Source: an uncultured Bacteroidales bacterium
GTDB taxonomy: Bacteria > Bacteroidota > Bacteroidia > Bacteroidales > Paludibacteraceae
Assembly (NCBI GenBank): GCA_902798965.1
Contig: CADBYS010000005.1
Span: 23,640 to 87,639 of the forward strand
DNA length: 64,000 nucleotides
Reading direction: 5' to 3'
Shown piece after piece: positions 42,083 to 53,601 of the stretch. Every line of letters begins with the position of its first letter. Position 1 is the stretch's first letter. The notes beneath the pieces are model-generated. The model made no database searches. It saw only the letters and a list, made by a program, of their open reading frames with translations, and had not been told where the DNA came from. The position numbers and the translations under genes were made by a program.

Positions 42083-42226
42083 GACAGGCTCGTGCGTGAG
42101 GGGAAAAAAGTCGAAAAAACCACACTAAAGTGTGGGTGAAGATAGAAAAACGATTTTTCTTGAAAAAAAAATGGCAAAAAACTTGCAATTGTCATTTTTT
42201 TTTTGTATCTTTGTAGGCTTTTTTGA

Positions 42227-44353
<2,127 letters not shown>

Positions 44354-44471
44354 TTTTGTTTTTTCTTGGCACCTTTGCTTTTTCGGCTCGGTCATTATGC
44401 CCGCATAACACCCTCACCGGAAAAAACAAATCCACTCAAGAAAAATTCAAAATCGGATAATAGACATTGAG

Positions 44472-45005
44472 ATGAAAATAGCAGTATATTGCAGTGCGAA
44501 GGATTGTATTCCTGAGGAGTATTTGCGACTTGGGGATGCGCTGGGCAGATGGCTGGCTGAGCATGGACATACATTGGTGTATGGCGGCGCTACAGGCGGC
44601 TTGATGACCCGCACGAGCGATGCTGCACGGGCTGCAGGTGGTGAAGTGATAGGCGTAGTGCCTCATCGTATTATAGCCGCAGGCAGGCTGGCAGCGAACT
44701 GCACGACACAGTATATAGTAAAGTCGATGGCCGAGCGGAAGCAAACGATGCGCGACGTAGCCGACTGCTTTATATGTCTTCCGGGATCGTACGGCACGCT
44801 GGATGAGATGTTCGACGTGATAGCTTCCGGAACAGTGGGCGAGCACAAGAAGCCGATATATATCCTTAATTACAAGGGATTTTATGAAGGTATTCGCCGC
44901 GAAGCAGAAGATATGCGCGCACTGCAGTTCCTACCGCAGCAGGAGTCGTACACGCCGGTGTATGTCAACACGCTTGAAGAGCTGTATAAGCTATTGATAA
45001 ATTGA
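44472..45005 (+). CDS. LOG-family (TIGR00730) nucleotide phosphoribohydrolase-like protein
   Basis: 177 aa: LVYGGATGGLM and the PGSYGTLDEMFDV motif (PGGxGTxxE). Confidence 0.85.
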   Translation: MKIAVYCSAKDCIPEEYLRLGDALGRWLAEHGHTLVYGGATGGLMTRTSDAARAAGGEVIGVVPHRIIAAGRLAANCTTQYIVKSMAERKQTMRDVADCFICLPGSYGTLDEMFDVIASGTVGEHKKPIYILNYKGFYEGIRREAEDMRALQFLPQQESYTPVYVNTLEELYKLLIN

Positions 45006-45027
45006 CAAATAATTAAACAACCGAAAT

Positions 45028-46338
45028 ATGAAACATGTTACACAACTCAAGGCTGACACCTTGACAACCGCCCAGATGGAAGAGCGTATTCGCCAAGTGA
45101 GTACCGATATCCGCCGTTATCGTGATATTGAGAACTCTTCGGAGTTGGCAGAGTTCATGGCACTGAAACCGATTGTAGAAGCCAAAGAATTTCAGGATTA
45201 CAAGCAAGAACTGCTCACGACGAAATACAAAGACCGTGAGGAGTACAGACTACTCAGAGATTACGAGAGCGCCAAGCATAGCTGGCATGTTCGTTGGTTC
45301 CACTTTTTCCGCGGCCGCTCCAAAGTGCAAGAGTACATGCACTTTGCCGAAACGAGCGATTTTTCGAAGTTGAAAGATCCCGAGGCAGTGAAAGCCGATC
45401 CGCGATTGAAGAGGATGCAGCGTTTGGGCAATTCATTTGCCGTAAAGCGTTATTTGGTTCATAAGAACTCCCATGAGGTGAGCGAATATTACCGCTTGCG
45501 TGACATAGTGAACAACACCGAGTTCCGCACGCGGAATCACTTCTGGAAGAACCCCAAACGTTGGTACACGACCTTGCAGAGTCAGCAAGACGGCAAGTAT
45601 CAGGCGCTGAAAGAGTCGTCGAACATCAAGTTCTTCCTCTCACAAGACCCGAAGAAGATCGCCGAGTACGAGGCCTATCAGGAGATGTTTGCCGACGCTT
45701 GTCAGTGGAACAGGATGCAGGACAGTCAGTGGAAAGCCGGTTTCTATTACGGCAACAACAAGCTGAAAACCAGCCACTCGTACGCCAACGAGGAGGCCGC
45801 CATGAACAACGGCCGTAACGTTCAATGCTCGCGCGACGGAAGAATGCAGGTGGCTGTGAAAGCCGAGCACGCTTCCGTTCCGGCTTGGGATGCAAAGAAA
45901 GGCTTCATCATGAAGGACTACGACTACACCGGTGATGTTATCCAGACTGCCGAAGACTTCCGCGCTGCAGAAGGAATGTTCCAGGTTAAAGCTTCGTTCA
46001 CGGGTAAGGCACACGGCGCTATCTGCCTGATGAGCGAGAACCGTCTGCCTATCTTGCGTATAGCTGAGTGGGACGGCAAGAATGTAACCATGGGCGTGAC
46101 GTTCGAAAAGTTTGAGGAGCAGACGACAGTTGAAGGTCTGAAAGAAGGAACTGAGTACGTATTTACGGTATTCATCTCATCGGCAGACATCACGTGGTAC
46201 GTCAACAATCAGGAGGTAGCCCGTACGGCCAACAAGCTGGGCACCAAGGTGTTCCCGACTGTTATTGCCTTCCTGCCGGAAGGCGTAAAAGCAACGGGTG
46301 TGACCTCCATTGACTGGTTTAAGGCTTACAAGCACTAA
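45028..46338 (+). CDS. Hypothetical cytoplasmic protein: helical Lys/Glu/aromatic-rich N-terminal half plus beta-sandwich-like C-terminal half
   Basis: 436 aa with no signal peptide. The C-terminal ~190 aa (..FQVKASFTGKAHGAICLMSEN..WDGKNVTMGV..YVFTVFISSADITWYVNNQEV..) resemble a concanavalin/GH16-like jelly roll, but I see no ExDxxE catalytic motif. Confidence 0.6.
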   Translation: MKHVTQLKADTLTTAQMEERIRQVSTDIRRYRDIENSSELAEFMALKPIVEAKEFQDYKQELLTTKYKDREEYRLLRDYESAKHSWHVRWFHFFRGRSKVQEYMHFAETSDFSKLKDPEAVKADPRLKRMQRLGNSFAVKRYLVHKNSHEVSEYYRLRDIVNNTEFRTRNHFWKNPKRWYTTLQSQQDGKYQALKESSNIKFFLSQDPKKIAEYEAYQEMFADACQWNRMQDSQWKAGFYYGNNKLKTSHSYANEEAAMNNGRNVQCSRDGRMQVAVKAEHASVPAWDAKKGFIMKDYDYTGDVIQTAEDFRAAEGMFQVKASFTGKAHGAICLMSENRLPILRIAEWDGKNVTMGVTFEKFEEQTTVEGLKEGTEYVFTVFISSADITWYVNNQEVARTANKLGTKVFPTVIAFLPEGVKATGVTSIDWFKAYKH

Positions 46339-46341
46339 TCT

Positions 46342-47127
46342 ATGTTTCTGATAGCCGGTCCTTGTGCGATTGAAGGCAGGCAGATGGTTATGGAAACCGC
46401 TGCCGAGTTGCAAGCGGTGTGTCGTGAACTCGACATCCGCTTGTACTTCAAGTCGTCGTTCGACAAAGCCAACCGCACCTCTTCGGGTTCGTCCCGCGGC
46501 GTGGGAATGGCAGAAGGACTGCGTATCCTTGCCGAGGTCAAGCAGCAATACGGCTTGCCTATCGTGACGGACGTGCACGAGAGTTACCAGTGTGCGCCGG
46601 TGGCCGAGGTGGCTGATGTGTTGCAGATTCCCGCTTTCCTCAGTCGCCAGACCGACCTACTGCAGGCGGCAGCCCGAACAGGTAAGACAGTGAACATCAA
46701 GAAAGGTCAGTTTATGGCACCGTGGGATATGCGCGGAGCGATAAACAAGTGCACGGAAGTCAATCCCGAGGCAACCATCTGGCTCACGGAACGTGGATCA
46801 TCGTTCGGCTACGGCAACCTGGTGGTGGACATGACCTCACTGGTTAAGATGCGCGAGTACGGCCGCCCCGTTATCTTCGATGCTACGCACTCCGTACAAC
46901 AGCCCTCGTCGCAGCAAGGTGTGACGGGCGGCAACCGCGAGCTTGTGCCACCGTTGATGCGCGCGGCGTTAGCCATTGGCGTTGACGGGTTGTTCCTGGA
47001 GGTGCATCCCGATCCCGACAAGGCCATCAGCGATGCAGCCAACCAAGTGCGGCTGGCAGACATTCGTGACCTGCTCCAACAAGCCAAAGCGTACGACGAG
47101 CTAACGAAAAAGTTGACCCAAAATTGA
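46342..47127 (+). CDS. kdsA: 3-deoxy-8-phosphooctulonate (KDO8P) synthase
   Basis: 261 aa: FLIAGPCAIE, FKSSFDKANRTS, IVTDVHE, QIPAFLSRQTDLL and FDATHSVQ. Confidence 0.95.
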   Translation: MFLIAGPCAIEGRQMVMETAAELQAVCRELDIRLYFKSSFDKANRTSSGSSRGVGMAEGLRILAEVKQQYGLPIVTDVHESYQCAPVAEVADVLQIPAFLSRQTDLLQAAARTGKTVNIKKGQFMAPWDMRGAINKCTEVNPEATIWLTERGSSFGYGNLVVDMTSLVKMREYGRPVIFDATHSVQQPSSQQGVTGGNRELVPPLMRAALAIGVDGLFLEVHPDPDKAISDAANQVRLADIRDLLQQAKAYDELTKKLTQN

Positions 47128-47133
47128 CAGCGG

Positions 47134-48087
47134 ATGACAGCAACGATAGATAAAGCGAAAGAAATCTTCCTGCAGGAGATAAGCGAGCTGACCAGGTTAT
47201 CGGAGACGATCGACGAACGGTTCGCTCAGGTGGTGGATGCGCTCTACGCTTGCAAGGGTAAGATCGTGGTGATGGGTATCGGTAAGACCGGTATCATCGG
47301 CAGGAAGATTGCTTCGTCGCTGGCATCGACCGGAACACCGGCGATCTTTGTTAACGCCGCAGAGGCAGTGCATGGCGACCTGGGAATGGTAGCCGGCGAC
47401 GATGTAGCCTTGCTGGTAAGCAACAGCGGCGCTACGAACGAGATATTGGCGGTTATCGATCCCTTGCATCAGTTAGGTTGCCGCATCATTGCCATGACCG
47501 GCGATCTGCAGTCACCCTTGGCCCAACGTGCTGATCTGGTACTGTCGGTGCACGTGGATAAAGAGGTGTGTCCGCTTGGCTTGGCACCTACGACCTCAAC
47601 CACTGCCACGCTGCTGATGGGCGATGCGCTGATGGTTTGCCTCATGGAGAAACGCAATTTCCAAGCAGAGAACTTCGCTGTATATCACCCGGGAGGCGCA
47701 CTGGGAAGAAAACTGCTGGGACGCGTGGGCAACCACATGTCACAATCTGTACCGAAAGTATATACCGACACGCCTTTCCGGGATGTGGTTAGCGAGATGA
47801 GCGATCACCATCTGGGAATGACGATGGTTTATGAGCAGTCAGCTTGCGTAGGAATAATCACGGATGGTGACTTGCGTCGCGCTATACAGAAATACAACGA
47901 CGTACATATCACCGCAGCGCAAGTGATGACTGTCGGTTACAAGCATATAGCCAAAGACGCCTTGCTATCCGAGGCGTTGGCTATAATGGACAAGTACAAT
48001 ATTACCACGCTTGCCGTGACGGAGAGCGAACAATCAGAGGAGATAATAGGCATCCTGTCTATTCATCATATTATCGATTTTGCCTAA
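47134..48087 (+). CDS. kdsD: Arabinose-5-phosphate isomerase (KpsF/GutQ/KdsD family; SIS plus tandem CBS)
   Basis: 317 aa. SIS block VVMGIGKTGIIGRKIASSLASTGTPA; ..VSNSGATNE..; YHPGGALGRKL; C-terminal CBS pair. Confidence 0.9.
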   Translation: MTATIDKAKEIFLQEISELTRLSETIDERFAQVVDALYACKGKIVVMGIGKTGIIGRKIASSLASTGTPAIFVNAAEAVHGDLGMVAGDDVALLVSNSGATNEILAVIDPLHQLGCRIIAMTGDLQSPLAQRADLVLSVHVDKEVCPLGLAPTTSTTATLLMGDALMVCLMEKRNFQAENFAVYHPGGALGRKLLGRVGNHMSQSVPKVYTDTPFRDVVSEMSDHHLGMTMVYEQSACVGIITDGDLRRAIQKYNDVHITAAQVMTVGYKHIAKDALLSEALAIMDKYNITTLAVTESEQSEEIIGILSIHHIIDFA

Positions 48088-48101
48088 AGGCATTTCAACA
48101 G

Positions 48102-48764
48102 ATGACACGCACACAAGTTGCCAAGATTACGCGATTCTTTATGCACCTGCATTACGATATCCGCACGGAAGGTGGGGAGTTGCTTCGTGATGACAAGGTG
48201 CACCTGCTGCTGCCTAATCACCCGGCTTACGTGGAGCCCGTTATGTTGTGCGCCGAGTTCGCGGAGGTGATGTTGCGTCCGATGACCGATGAGGCGTTTT
48301 TCCGTAATCCCGTGTATCGTTGGGCATTGAATCTGGCTCACGCCATTGTGGTGCCCGACTTACCGGCCACCTCAGCCGACAACCGAGAGAAGAGTGCAGC
48401 CAAAGCGCGCGCGCTGACCTCCACCGCCCTGCAAACGCTGGCTGACGGCAACGACCTGCTCTTCTATCCGTCAGGACATATCCGCCGCACGCCTGTGGAG
48501 CAGATAGGCAACCGGCGATTAGCGTACGAGGTGTGTCAGGGGATTTTTGATCCGGCTAATAAAGAAAGGTACGCGCGCGTACGCGTAATTATGCTCCGCA
48601 CGACAGGCTTGGACGACAGCCTGACCAGCAAACAGAAGACGCGCTACACGTGGCGCAGAAAAGTTACCATGCACTTCGAGGATATGACCGAACAGTTGAG
48701 AGAATGGTCAGTGCTTGACCGACGGGCATTCAACGAACGGCTGGAGCAATGGTATAACAAATAA
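48102..48764 (+). CDS. Lysophospholipid/glycerolipid acyltransferase-like protein (PlsC superfamily)
   Basis: 220 aa. LLLPNHPAYVEPV (NHxxxxD/E block) and LLFYPSGHIRR (FPEGxR-like block). The position after kdsA-kdsD suggests an envelope lipid role. Confidence 0.6.
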   Translation: MTRTQVAKITRFFMHLHYDIRTEGGELLRDDKVHLLLPNHPAYVEPVMLCAEFAEVMLRPMTDEAFFRNPVYRWALNLAHAIVVPDLPATSADNREKSAAKARALTSTALQTLADGNDLLFYPSGHIRRTPVEQIGNRRLAYEVCQGIFDPANKERYARVRVIMLRTTGLDDSLTSKQKTRYTWRRKVTMHFEDMTEQLREWSVLDRRAFNERLEQWYNK

Positions 48765-48797
48765 GCAGGTCTGTTTTTAAGGACTATCTTACAAAAA

Positions 48798-48831
48798 GTA
48801 CGTTTTTAAATAAGAAAACGTGCTTTTTTTT
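48798..48831 (+). terminator. Rho-independent terminator after the acyltransferase gene
   Basis: acgtttt (48800-48806) pairs with aaaacgt (48815-48821), followed by a T8 run (48824-48831). Confidence 0.7.
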
Positions 48832-48942
48832 AAGAATATGCTTAAAATATGAAATATTTTTTGTATCTTTGCATTCGCTTTCAGCAACGCAGTCGCACGA
48901 ATTGCGCGATGCGCACTAAAAGCGATTAAAAATTTGAAGTTT

Positions 48943-49788
48943 ATGCAAGACAATTCTATCCCCTTGTTGGATTGCCCGAAAGATTACCTGATAGGTGATG
49001 CGAGCGGTAAGATAATGAACGAGTACGGTCGTTTCCCGTGTAAGATACAGTGCACGGTATTTGCCATTTTGGCTCGCGGCAGCGCTAAGGCGACAATCAA
49101 CGTGACGCAATACGACTTCCGCGCCAACGATGCGCTGTTGTTGGAGAGCGGCTCGTTTTTGCTAATCCATGAGTTCTCTGATGATGCGCTGGTGTACTAC
49201 GTGCTGTTCAGTTCGTCATTCATGGAGAAGAACACCTTCCAGACCCGCCTGACAGCCAACGCGATGCACATGCATTCACCTATCGTGACGCTGACTCAGG
49301 AGCAGGCAGATGTGATGGTTAGCACGTGCAAACTGCTCATCCAAGGCAGTAACTGTACTCCATCGCTGCTGAATACGGAAAAGATGGTGAACGTGTATAA
49401 CATCTTCCAGATGACCTACAACGGCTTTTTCCGTGCGCAGTCAGAGACGACCCTTCGTCCGCAGGACAGAAAGAACGAAATCTATTACGAATACTGCAAC
49501 CTTGTGCTCAAGCATTACCACGAGTGGCATCACGTATCGAAATACGCCGACGCGATGCATATCACTTTGCCGCACTTGTGCGCTACCATCAAGCAGGTGA
49601 GCGACAAGACGGCAGGCGACCTGATTGTGGAGGCTATCATCACCGACGCCAAGGCGAAGCTGAAACTTACGAATCTGCAAGTCAAGGAGATAGCTTTGTC
49701 CTTAGGATTTGACAATGTGGCGTTCTTTAACCGGTTCTTTAAGACCCACGCTACCGTAACGCCCAAAGCCTACAGACTTATGGTATAA
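48943..49788 (+). CDS. AraC-family transcriptional regulator
   Basis: C-terminal dual HTH (YADAMHITLPHLCATIKQVSDKTAGDLI..IKEIALSLGFDNVAFFNRFFKTHATVTPKAYR). The first ATG is at 48943 (MQDNS..); the track start at 48934 is TTG. -7 box TATCTTTG at 48864-48871. Confidence 0.9.
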   Translation: MQDNSIPLLDCPKDYLIGDASGKIMNEYGRFPCKIQCTVFAILARGSAKATINVTQYDFRANDALLLESGSFLLIHEFSDDALVYYVLFSSSFMEKNTFQTRLTANAMHMHSPIVTLTQEQADVMVSTCKLLIQGSNCTPSLLNTEKMVNVYNIFQMTYNGFFRAQSETTLRPQDRKNEIYYEYCNLVLKHYHEWHHVSKYADAMHITLPHLCATIKQVSDKTAGDLIVEAIITDAKAKLKLTNLQVKEIALSLGFDNVAFFNRFFKTHATVTPKAYRLMV

Positions 49789-49860
49789 GATTCAAAAATT
49801 CAAATATAAAAAATTTGACAATCTTTGAATCTTTAAATCGTTAAATTTTTCAATAAGAAA

Positions 49861-51180
49861 ATGTCAAAGACATTTTACATAGAGACTTACGGCTGCCAGA
49901 TGAACGTGGCTGACAGCGAAGTGGTAGCAGCTATCCTGCAGACCACCGATGCCGAGTTGACCGACGACATTACGAAAGCGGACATCGTGCTCCTGAACAC
50001 CTGCTCTATTCGCGATAATGCGGAGCAGAAAGTGCAACACCGCTTGCAGGAACTTGCCTCCGGCAAGCACAACAAGCATCGATTGACAGGTGTTATCGGC
50101 TGCATGGCCGAGCGAATGGGCGAAGAGTTGCTGCGCGACTACAAGGTGGATTTTGTGGCAGGACCTGACGCTTATCTTGATCTCCCGAATCTGATTGCAC
50201 AGTGCGAGCAAGGCCATCAGGCAATCAACGTACATCTGAGCACCACGGAGACCTACGCTGATGTGTTGCCGGCACGAATAGGCAAACAGATATCAGGCTT
50301 CGTAAGTATCATGCGCGGGTGCAACAACTTCTGCTCCTACTGCGTTGTCCCGTACACGCGAGGCAGGGAGCGTTCGCGCGACGTGGAGAGTATTTGTAAG
50401 GAAGTGCTTGACCTGCAAGCACGCGGCTACAAAGAGGTTACGCTATTGGGGCAAAACGTCAACTCCTACAAGTGGGAGAAGGACGGGAAAGTGATAGATT
50501 TTGCCGATCTGCTGCAAATTGTGGCGGACACCGTGCCGGATATGCGTATCCGCTTCACCACATCGCACCCGAAGGATATGTCCGACAAAACGCTGCATGT
50601 CATTGCCGCCAACCGGAACATTTGCAAGTTCATCCATCTGCCCGTACAGAGCGGAAGCAACAAGATACTGAAACTAATGAACCGCAAGTACACACGCGAG
50701 TGGTACTTGGAGCGCATAGCAGCTATCCGCAGAATAGTGCCGGAGGCAACGATAGGAACAGATGTGTTCTGCGGTTTCCACGACGAGACGCTTGAAGACC
50801 ACGCCGAGACGCTGAGCTTGATGCGCGAAGTGGGATTTGACACAGCATTCATGTTCAAGTACTCGGAGCGACCGGGAACCTACGCACAGAAGCACCTGCC
50901 AGATAATGTGAGTGAGGAGGAGAAAGTGCGCCGACTCAACGAGATCATCGCCCTGCAAAATACACTCTCACTGGAGAGCAACCAACGGGAGATAGGCAAA
51001 ACAGTGGAAGTGCTGGTGGAGGGATTCTCCAAGCGGAGTCATGACGACATGTTCGGACGAACATCGCAGTACAAGACGGTGGTCTTCCCAAGAGGAGGAC
51101 GACACATCGGCGAACTGGTAAATGTGCGAATATTGTCGGCAACAGCTGCCACACTCAAGGGAGAAATAGTTACAGAATAA
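49861..51180 (+). CDS. miaB: tRNA-i6A37 methylthiotransferase
   Basis: 439 aa: FYIETYGCQMNVADSE, radical-SAM CNNFCSYCVVP, and a C-terminal TRAM domain. Confidence 0.95.
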   Translation: MSKTFYIETYGCQMNVADSEVVAAILQTTDAELTDDITKADIVLLNTCSIRDNAEQKVQHRLQELASGKHNKHRLTGVIGCMAERMGEELLRDYKVDFVAGPDAYLDLPNLIAQCEQGHQAINVHLSTTETYADVLPARIGKQISGFVSIMRGCNNFCSYCVVPYTRGRERSRDVESICKEVLDLQARGYKEVTLLGQNVNSYKWEKDGKVIDFADLLQIVADTVPDMRIRFTTSHPKDMSDKTLHVIAANRNICKFIHLPVQSGSNKILKLMNRKYTREWYLERIAAIRRIVPEATIGTDVFCGFHDETLEDHAETLSLMREVGFDTAFMFKYSERPGTYAQKHLPDNVSEEEKVRRLNEIIALQNTLSLESNQREIGKTVEVLVEGFSKRSHDDMFGRTSQYKTVVFPRGGRHIGELVNVRILSATAATLKGEIVTE

Positions 51181-51282
51181 GCAACAATTTTTGCAAAAAA
51201 TGGCCATTAAAACATCAAAAAATAGCCATTTTTGTAAAAAAAACAAAAAAAATGAAGATTTTTTGCATTTTTTTGCAAAAAT

Positions 51283-51314
51283 ATTTGCATATTTGAAATA
51301 AAAGTATTACCTTT
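51283..51314 (+). promoter_or_regulatory. Promoter upstream of the greA region
   Basis: TTTG at 51283-51286 (in ATTTGCAT), exact 20-nt spacer, TACCTTTG at 51307-51314. Confidence 0.6.
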
Positions 51315-51319
51315 GCACT

Positions 51320-51396
51320 CGAAAACAAATAAAATTTTCATAGTTAAGGTTTAGGTTTAATGGCAACAGGAGGCTGGGAAGTTTCCTGTTGTTTTT
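51320..51396 (+). ncRNA. Candidate ~75-nt short transcript (promoter-proximal terminated leader or sRNA)
   Basis: It would start about 6-9 nt after the -7 box. It ends at the hairpin caacagga (51364-51371) / tcctgttg (51384-51391) followed by T5 (51392-51396). I recognised no homology; the call rests on promoter plus terminator geometry only. Confidence 0.4.
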
Positions 51397-51502
51397 AAAA
51401 ACCATCAAAATCGACCTTGCTGTGAAGACTTTTTTGTTTTGTCAATTGGAAGTAAAATGACAACGGTGCACCGGGGTGCATCGTTACAATAGTGTGGATA
51501 TT

Positions 51503-51637
51503 ATGACAACAAAACAGCAACGTGACAGGATGGCAAACGCTCGTCAGGAAGATGAGCAGACGATGCTTGATTTGTCGAATCCCGATGAGTTTCGCAAGGC
51601 ATTTTTGGCCTCGGAGATTCTCAACAGGAAATATTGA
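51503..51637 (+). CDS. Possible 44-aa small protein upstream of greA
   Basis: The ATG at 51503 gives MTTKQQRDRMANARQEDEQTMLDLSNPDEFRKAFLASEILNRKY-stop. It is below the 60-aa cutoff of the ORF track, has a charged helical composition, and ends 23 nt before greA. Confidence 0.35.
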   Translation: MTTKQQRDRMANARQEDEQTMLDLSNPDEFRKAFLASEILNRKY

Positions 51638-51660
51638 TAGAAAATAAATAAAAGATATAT

Positions 51661-52131
51661 ATGGCAACAACGTACATGACTGCAGACGGACTGCAGAAAC
51701 TAAAAGAAGAGCTGTCGTTTCTTGAGAGCGTAGAGCGCCCTCGAGTGATAGCCGCCATCGCTGAGGCGCGCGACAAAGGCGACCTGAGCGAGAATGCGGA
51801 ATACGATGCCGCAAAAGAGGAGCAAGGACACCTGGAGACCCGCATCGCTATTCTGAAAAGTAAGATTGTGGATGCACGCATCATCGACGAATCGGCGATT
51901 GATACCGATGAGGTAAAGATCCTCACGCGCGTACGCGTTCGTAATAAGATGAATGGTGCAGAGCGCACGTATCAGATCGTAACAGAGAGTGAGGCCAACC
52001 TGGCAGAAGGAAAGATCGCATCCACCACGCCTATCGCCAAAGGGCTGCTCGGCAAAAAGATCGGCGATATTGCAAAGGTACAGGTACCTGCAGGAACATT
52101 GGAATTGGAAATCCTTGAAATTTCATTGTAA
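51661..52131 (+). CDS. greA: Transcription elongation factor GreA
   Basis: 156 aa: TADGLQKLKEEL..L..VERPRVIAAIAEARDKGDLSENAEYDAAKEEQ.. Confidence 0.96.
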   Translation: MATTYMTADGLQKLKEELSFLESVERPRVIAAIAEARDKGDLSENAEYDAAKEEQGHLETRIAILKSKIVDARIIDESAIDTDEVKILTRVRVRNKMNGAERTYQIVTESEANLAEGKIASTTPIAKGLLGKKIGDIAKVQVPAGTLELEILEISL

Positions 52132-52133
52132 CT

Positions 52134-52541
52134 ATGACAATCTTCACCCGCATCATTAACGGCGATATCCCCAGCTACAAAGTGGCAGAAAGCGAGCATT
52201 GCTACGCCTTTCTGGACATCAATCCGCTGGTAAAAGGTCACACCCTGGTTATCCCCAAACTGCCCGAACCGGAAGCCGACTACCTGTTCGACCTCGATGA
52301 CGATCTGTATGGCGAACTGATGCTCTTTGCCAAGAAAGTGGCAGCAGGCATCAAGCAAGCCACGGGCTGCAAACGCGTTGGCGTAGCAGTGTTAGGAATG
52401 GAAGTGAACCATGTACATATCCACCTCGTACCGATGAACTCGGAGAAGGATATGCTGTTCACCAACCCCAAGCTTCAGCTTACAGCCGATGAGATGGCGC
52501 AGATAGCCAACTCCATCGCGCAAGTTATTGATCCGCTATAA
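52134..52541 (+). CDS. HIT-family (histidine triad) nucleotide hydrolase
   Basis: 135 aa: IFTRIINGDIPSYKV and HVHIHLVP (HxHxHxx). Confidence 0.92.
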   Translation: MTIFTRIINGDIPSYKVAESEHCYAFLDINPLVKGHTLVIPKLPEPEADYLFDLDDDLYGELMLFAKKVAAGIKQATGCKRVGVAVLGMEVNHVHIHLVPMNSEKDMLFTNPKLQLTADEMAQIANSIAQVIDPL

Positions 52542-52568
52542 TTCACTCACTAACAGAAAGAAACGTTT

Positions 52569-53588
52569 ATGGCTTTTTTCAAATTAACGCAAGAAATTGC
52601 AATAGACCTCGGAACCGCCAATACCCTGATCATGTATGAGGATGAGATTGTGGTTAACGAGCCGAGCGTAGTAGCCATCTCGGTGGCTGACAACAAGTGT
52701 CTGGCTGTAGGCAGAAAAGCGCAACAGATGATCGGTCGCGGTAGTCAGCAGATTCGTACCGTGCGTCCGCTCAAGGAGGGTGTGATTGCCGACTTCCAGG
52801 CCTGCGAGATGATGATTCGCGGACTAATCAAGATGATTCCGCAAAAGCATCACATGTTCACACCCGCTATCCGAATGGTGGTAGGTATCCCTTCAGGCTG
52901 TACGGAAGTGGAGATCCGTGCCGTACGCGACAGTTGCGAGCACGCCGGCGGTCGTGAGATCTATATGCTCTACGAACCGATGGCTGCTGCTATCGGTATC
53001 GGTATTGACGTGGAGGCTCCGGAAGGCTGCATGATTGTGGATATAGGCGGTGGTACGACGGAGATTGCCGTTATCTCACTGGGAGGTATTGTGGCAAACA
53101 AATCCATCAAAACGGCCGGCGACGACTTCAACCGCGATATCATCGACTTCATGAGCAGGATGCATAACATGCGTATTGACGAGCCTACTGCCGAGCGCAT
53201 CAAGATTGCTGTAGGTGCTGCTCTGCCCGAACTGGAAGAGGCTCCGGAGGACTATCTGGTTACCGGCCCGAACAAGGTGACAGCTCTGCCGATGAAGGTT
53301 TCCGTTTCGTACCACGAGATCGCTCACTGCCTGGAGAAGTCCGTTTCGCGTATCGAGCAAGCCGTTTTGGCAGCGTTGGAATCTACACCTTCCGAGTTGT
53401 ACGCCGACATCGTGAACAGAGGTATCTATCTGGCTGGCGGTGGTGCACAGCTCCACGGTTTGGCCAAACGTCTGCAAGATAAGATTACTATCCCCTTCCA
53501 TGTAGCAGAAGCGCCGCTTCTGTCAGTGGCTCGCGGCGCGGGTATTGCCCTAAAGAACTACGACAAGTTCGGCTTCCTGATTCGCTAA
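52569..53588 (+). CDS. mreB: Rod-shape-determining actin homolog MreB
   Basis: 339 aa: IAIDLGTANTLI, EPMAAAIG, VDIGGGTTEIAVISLGGIV and IYLAGGGAQLHGL. Confidence 0.97.
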   Translation: MAFFKLTQEIAIDLGTANTLIMYEDEIVVNEPSVVAISVADNKCLAVGRKAQQMIGRGSQQIRTVRPLKEGVIADFQACEMMIRGLIKMIPQKHHMFTPAIRMVVGIPSGCTEVEIRAVRDSCEHAGGREIYMLYEPMAAAIGIGIDVEAPEGCMIVDIGGGTTEIAVISLGGIVANKSIKTAGDDFNRDIIDFMSRMHNMRIDEPTAERIKIAVGAALPELEEAPEDYLVTGPNKVTALPMKVSVSYHEIAHCLEKSVSRIEQAVLAALESTPSELYADIVNRGIYLAGGGAQLHGLAKRLQDKITIPFHVAEAPLLSVARGAGIALKNYDKFGFLIR

Positions 53589-53601
53589 GCGCTAAATCGA
53601 G

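Noticed and set aside
51359-51397. A 12-codon ORF (MATGGWEVSCCF) inside the candidate short transcript, considered as a leader peptide.
   Set aside because: It overlaps the terminator hairpin completely. It has no amino-acid bias that suggests attenuation control, and its resemblance to the greA start (ATGGCAACA) is only 9 nt. There is not enough evidence to call it.
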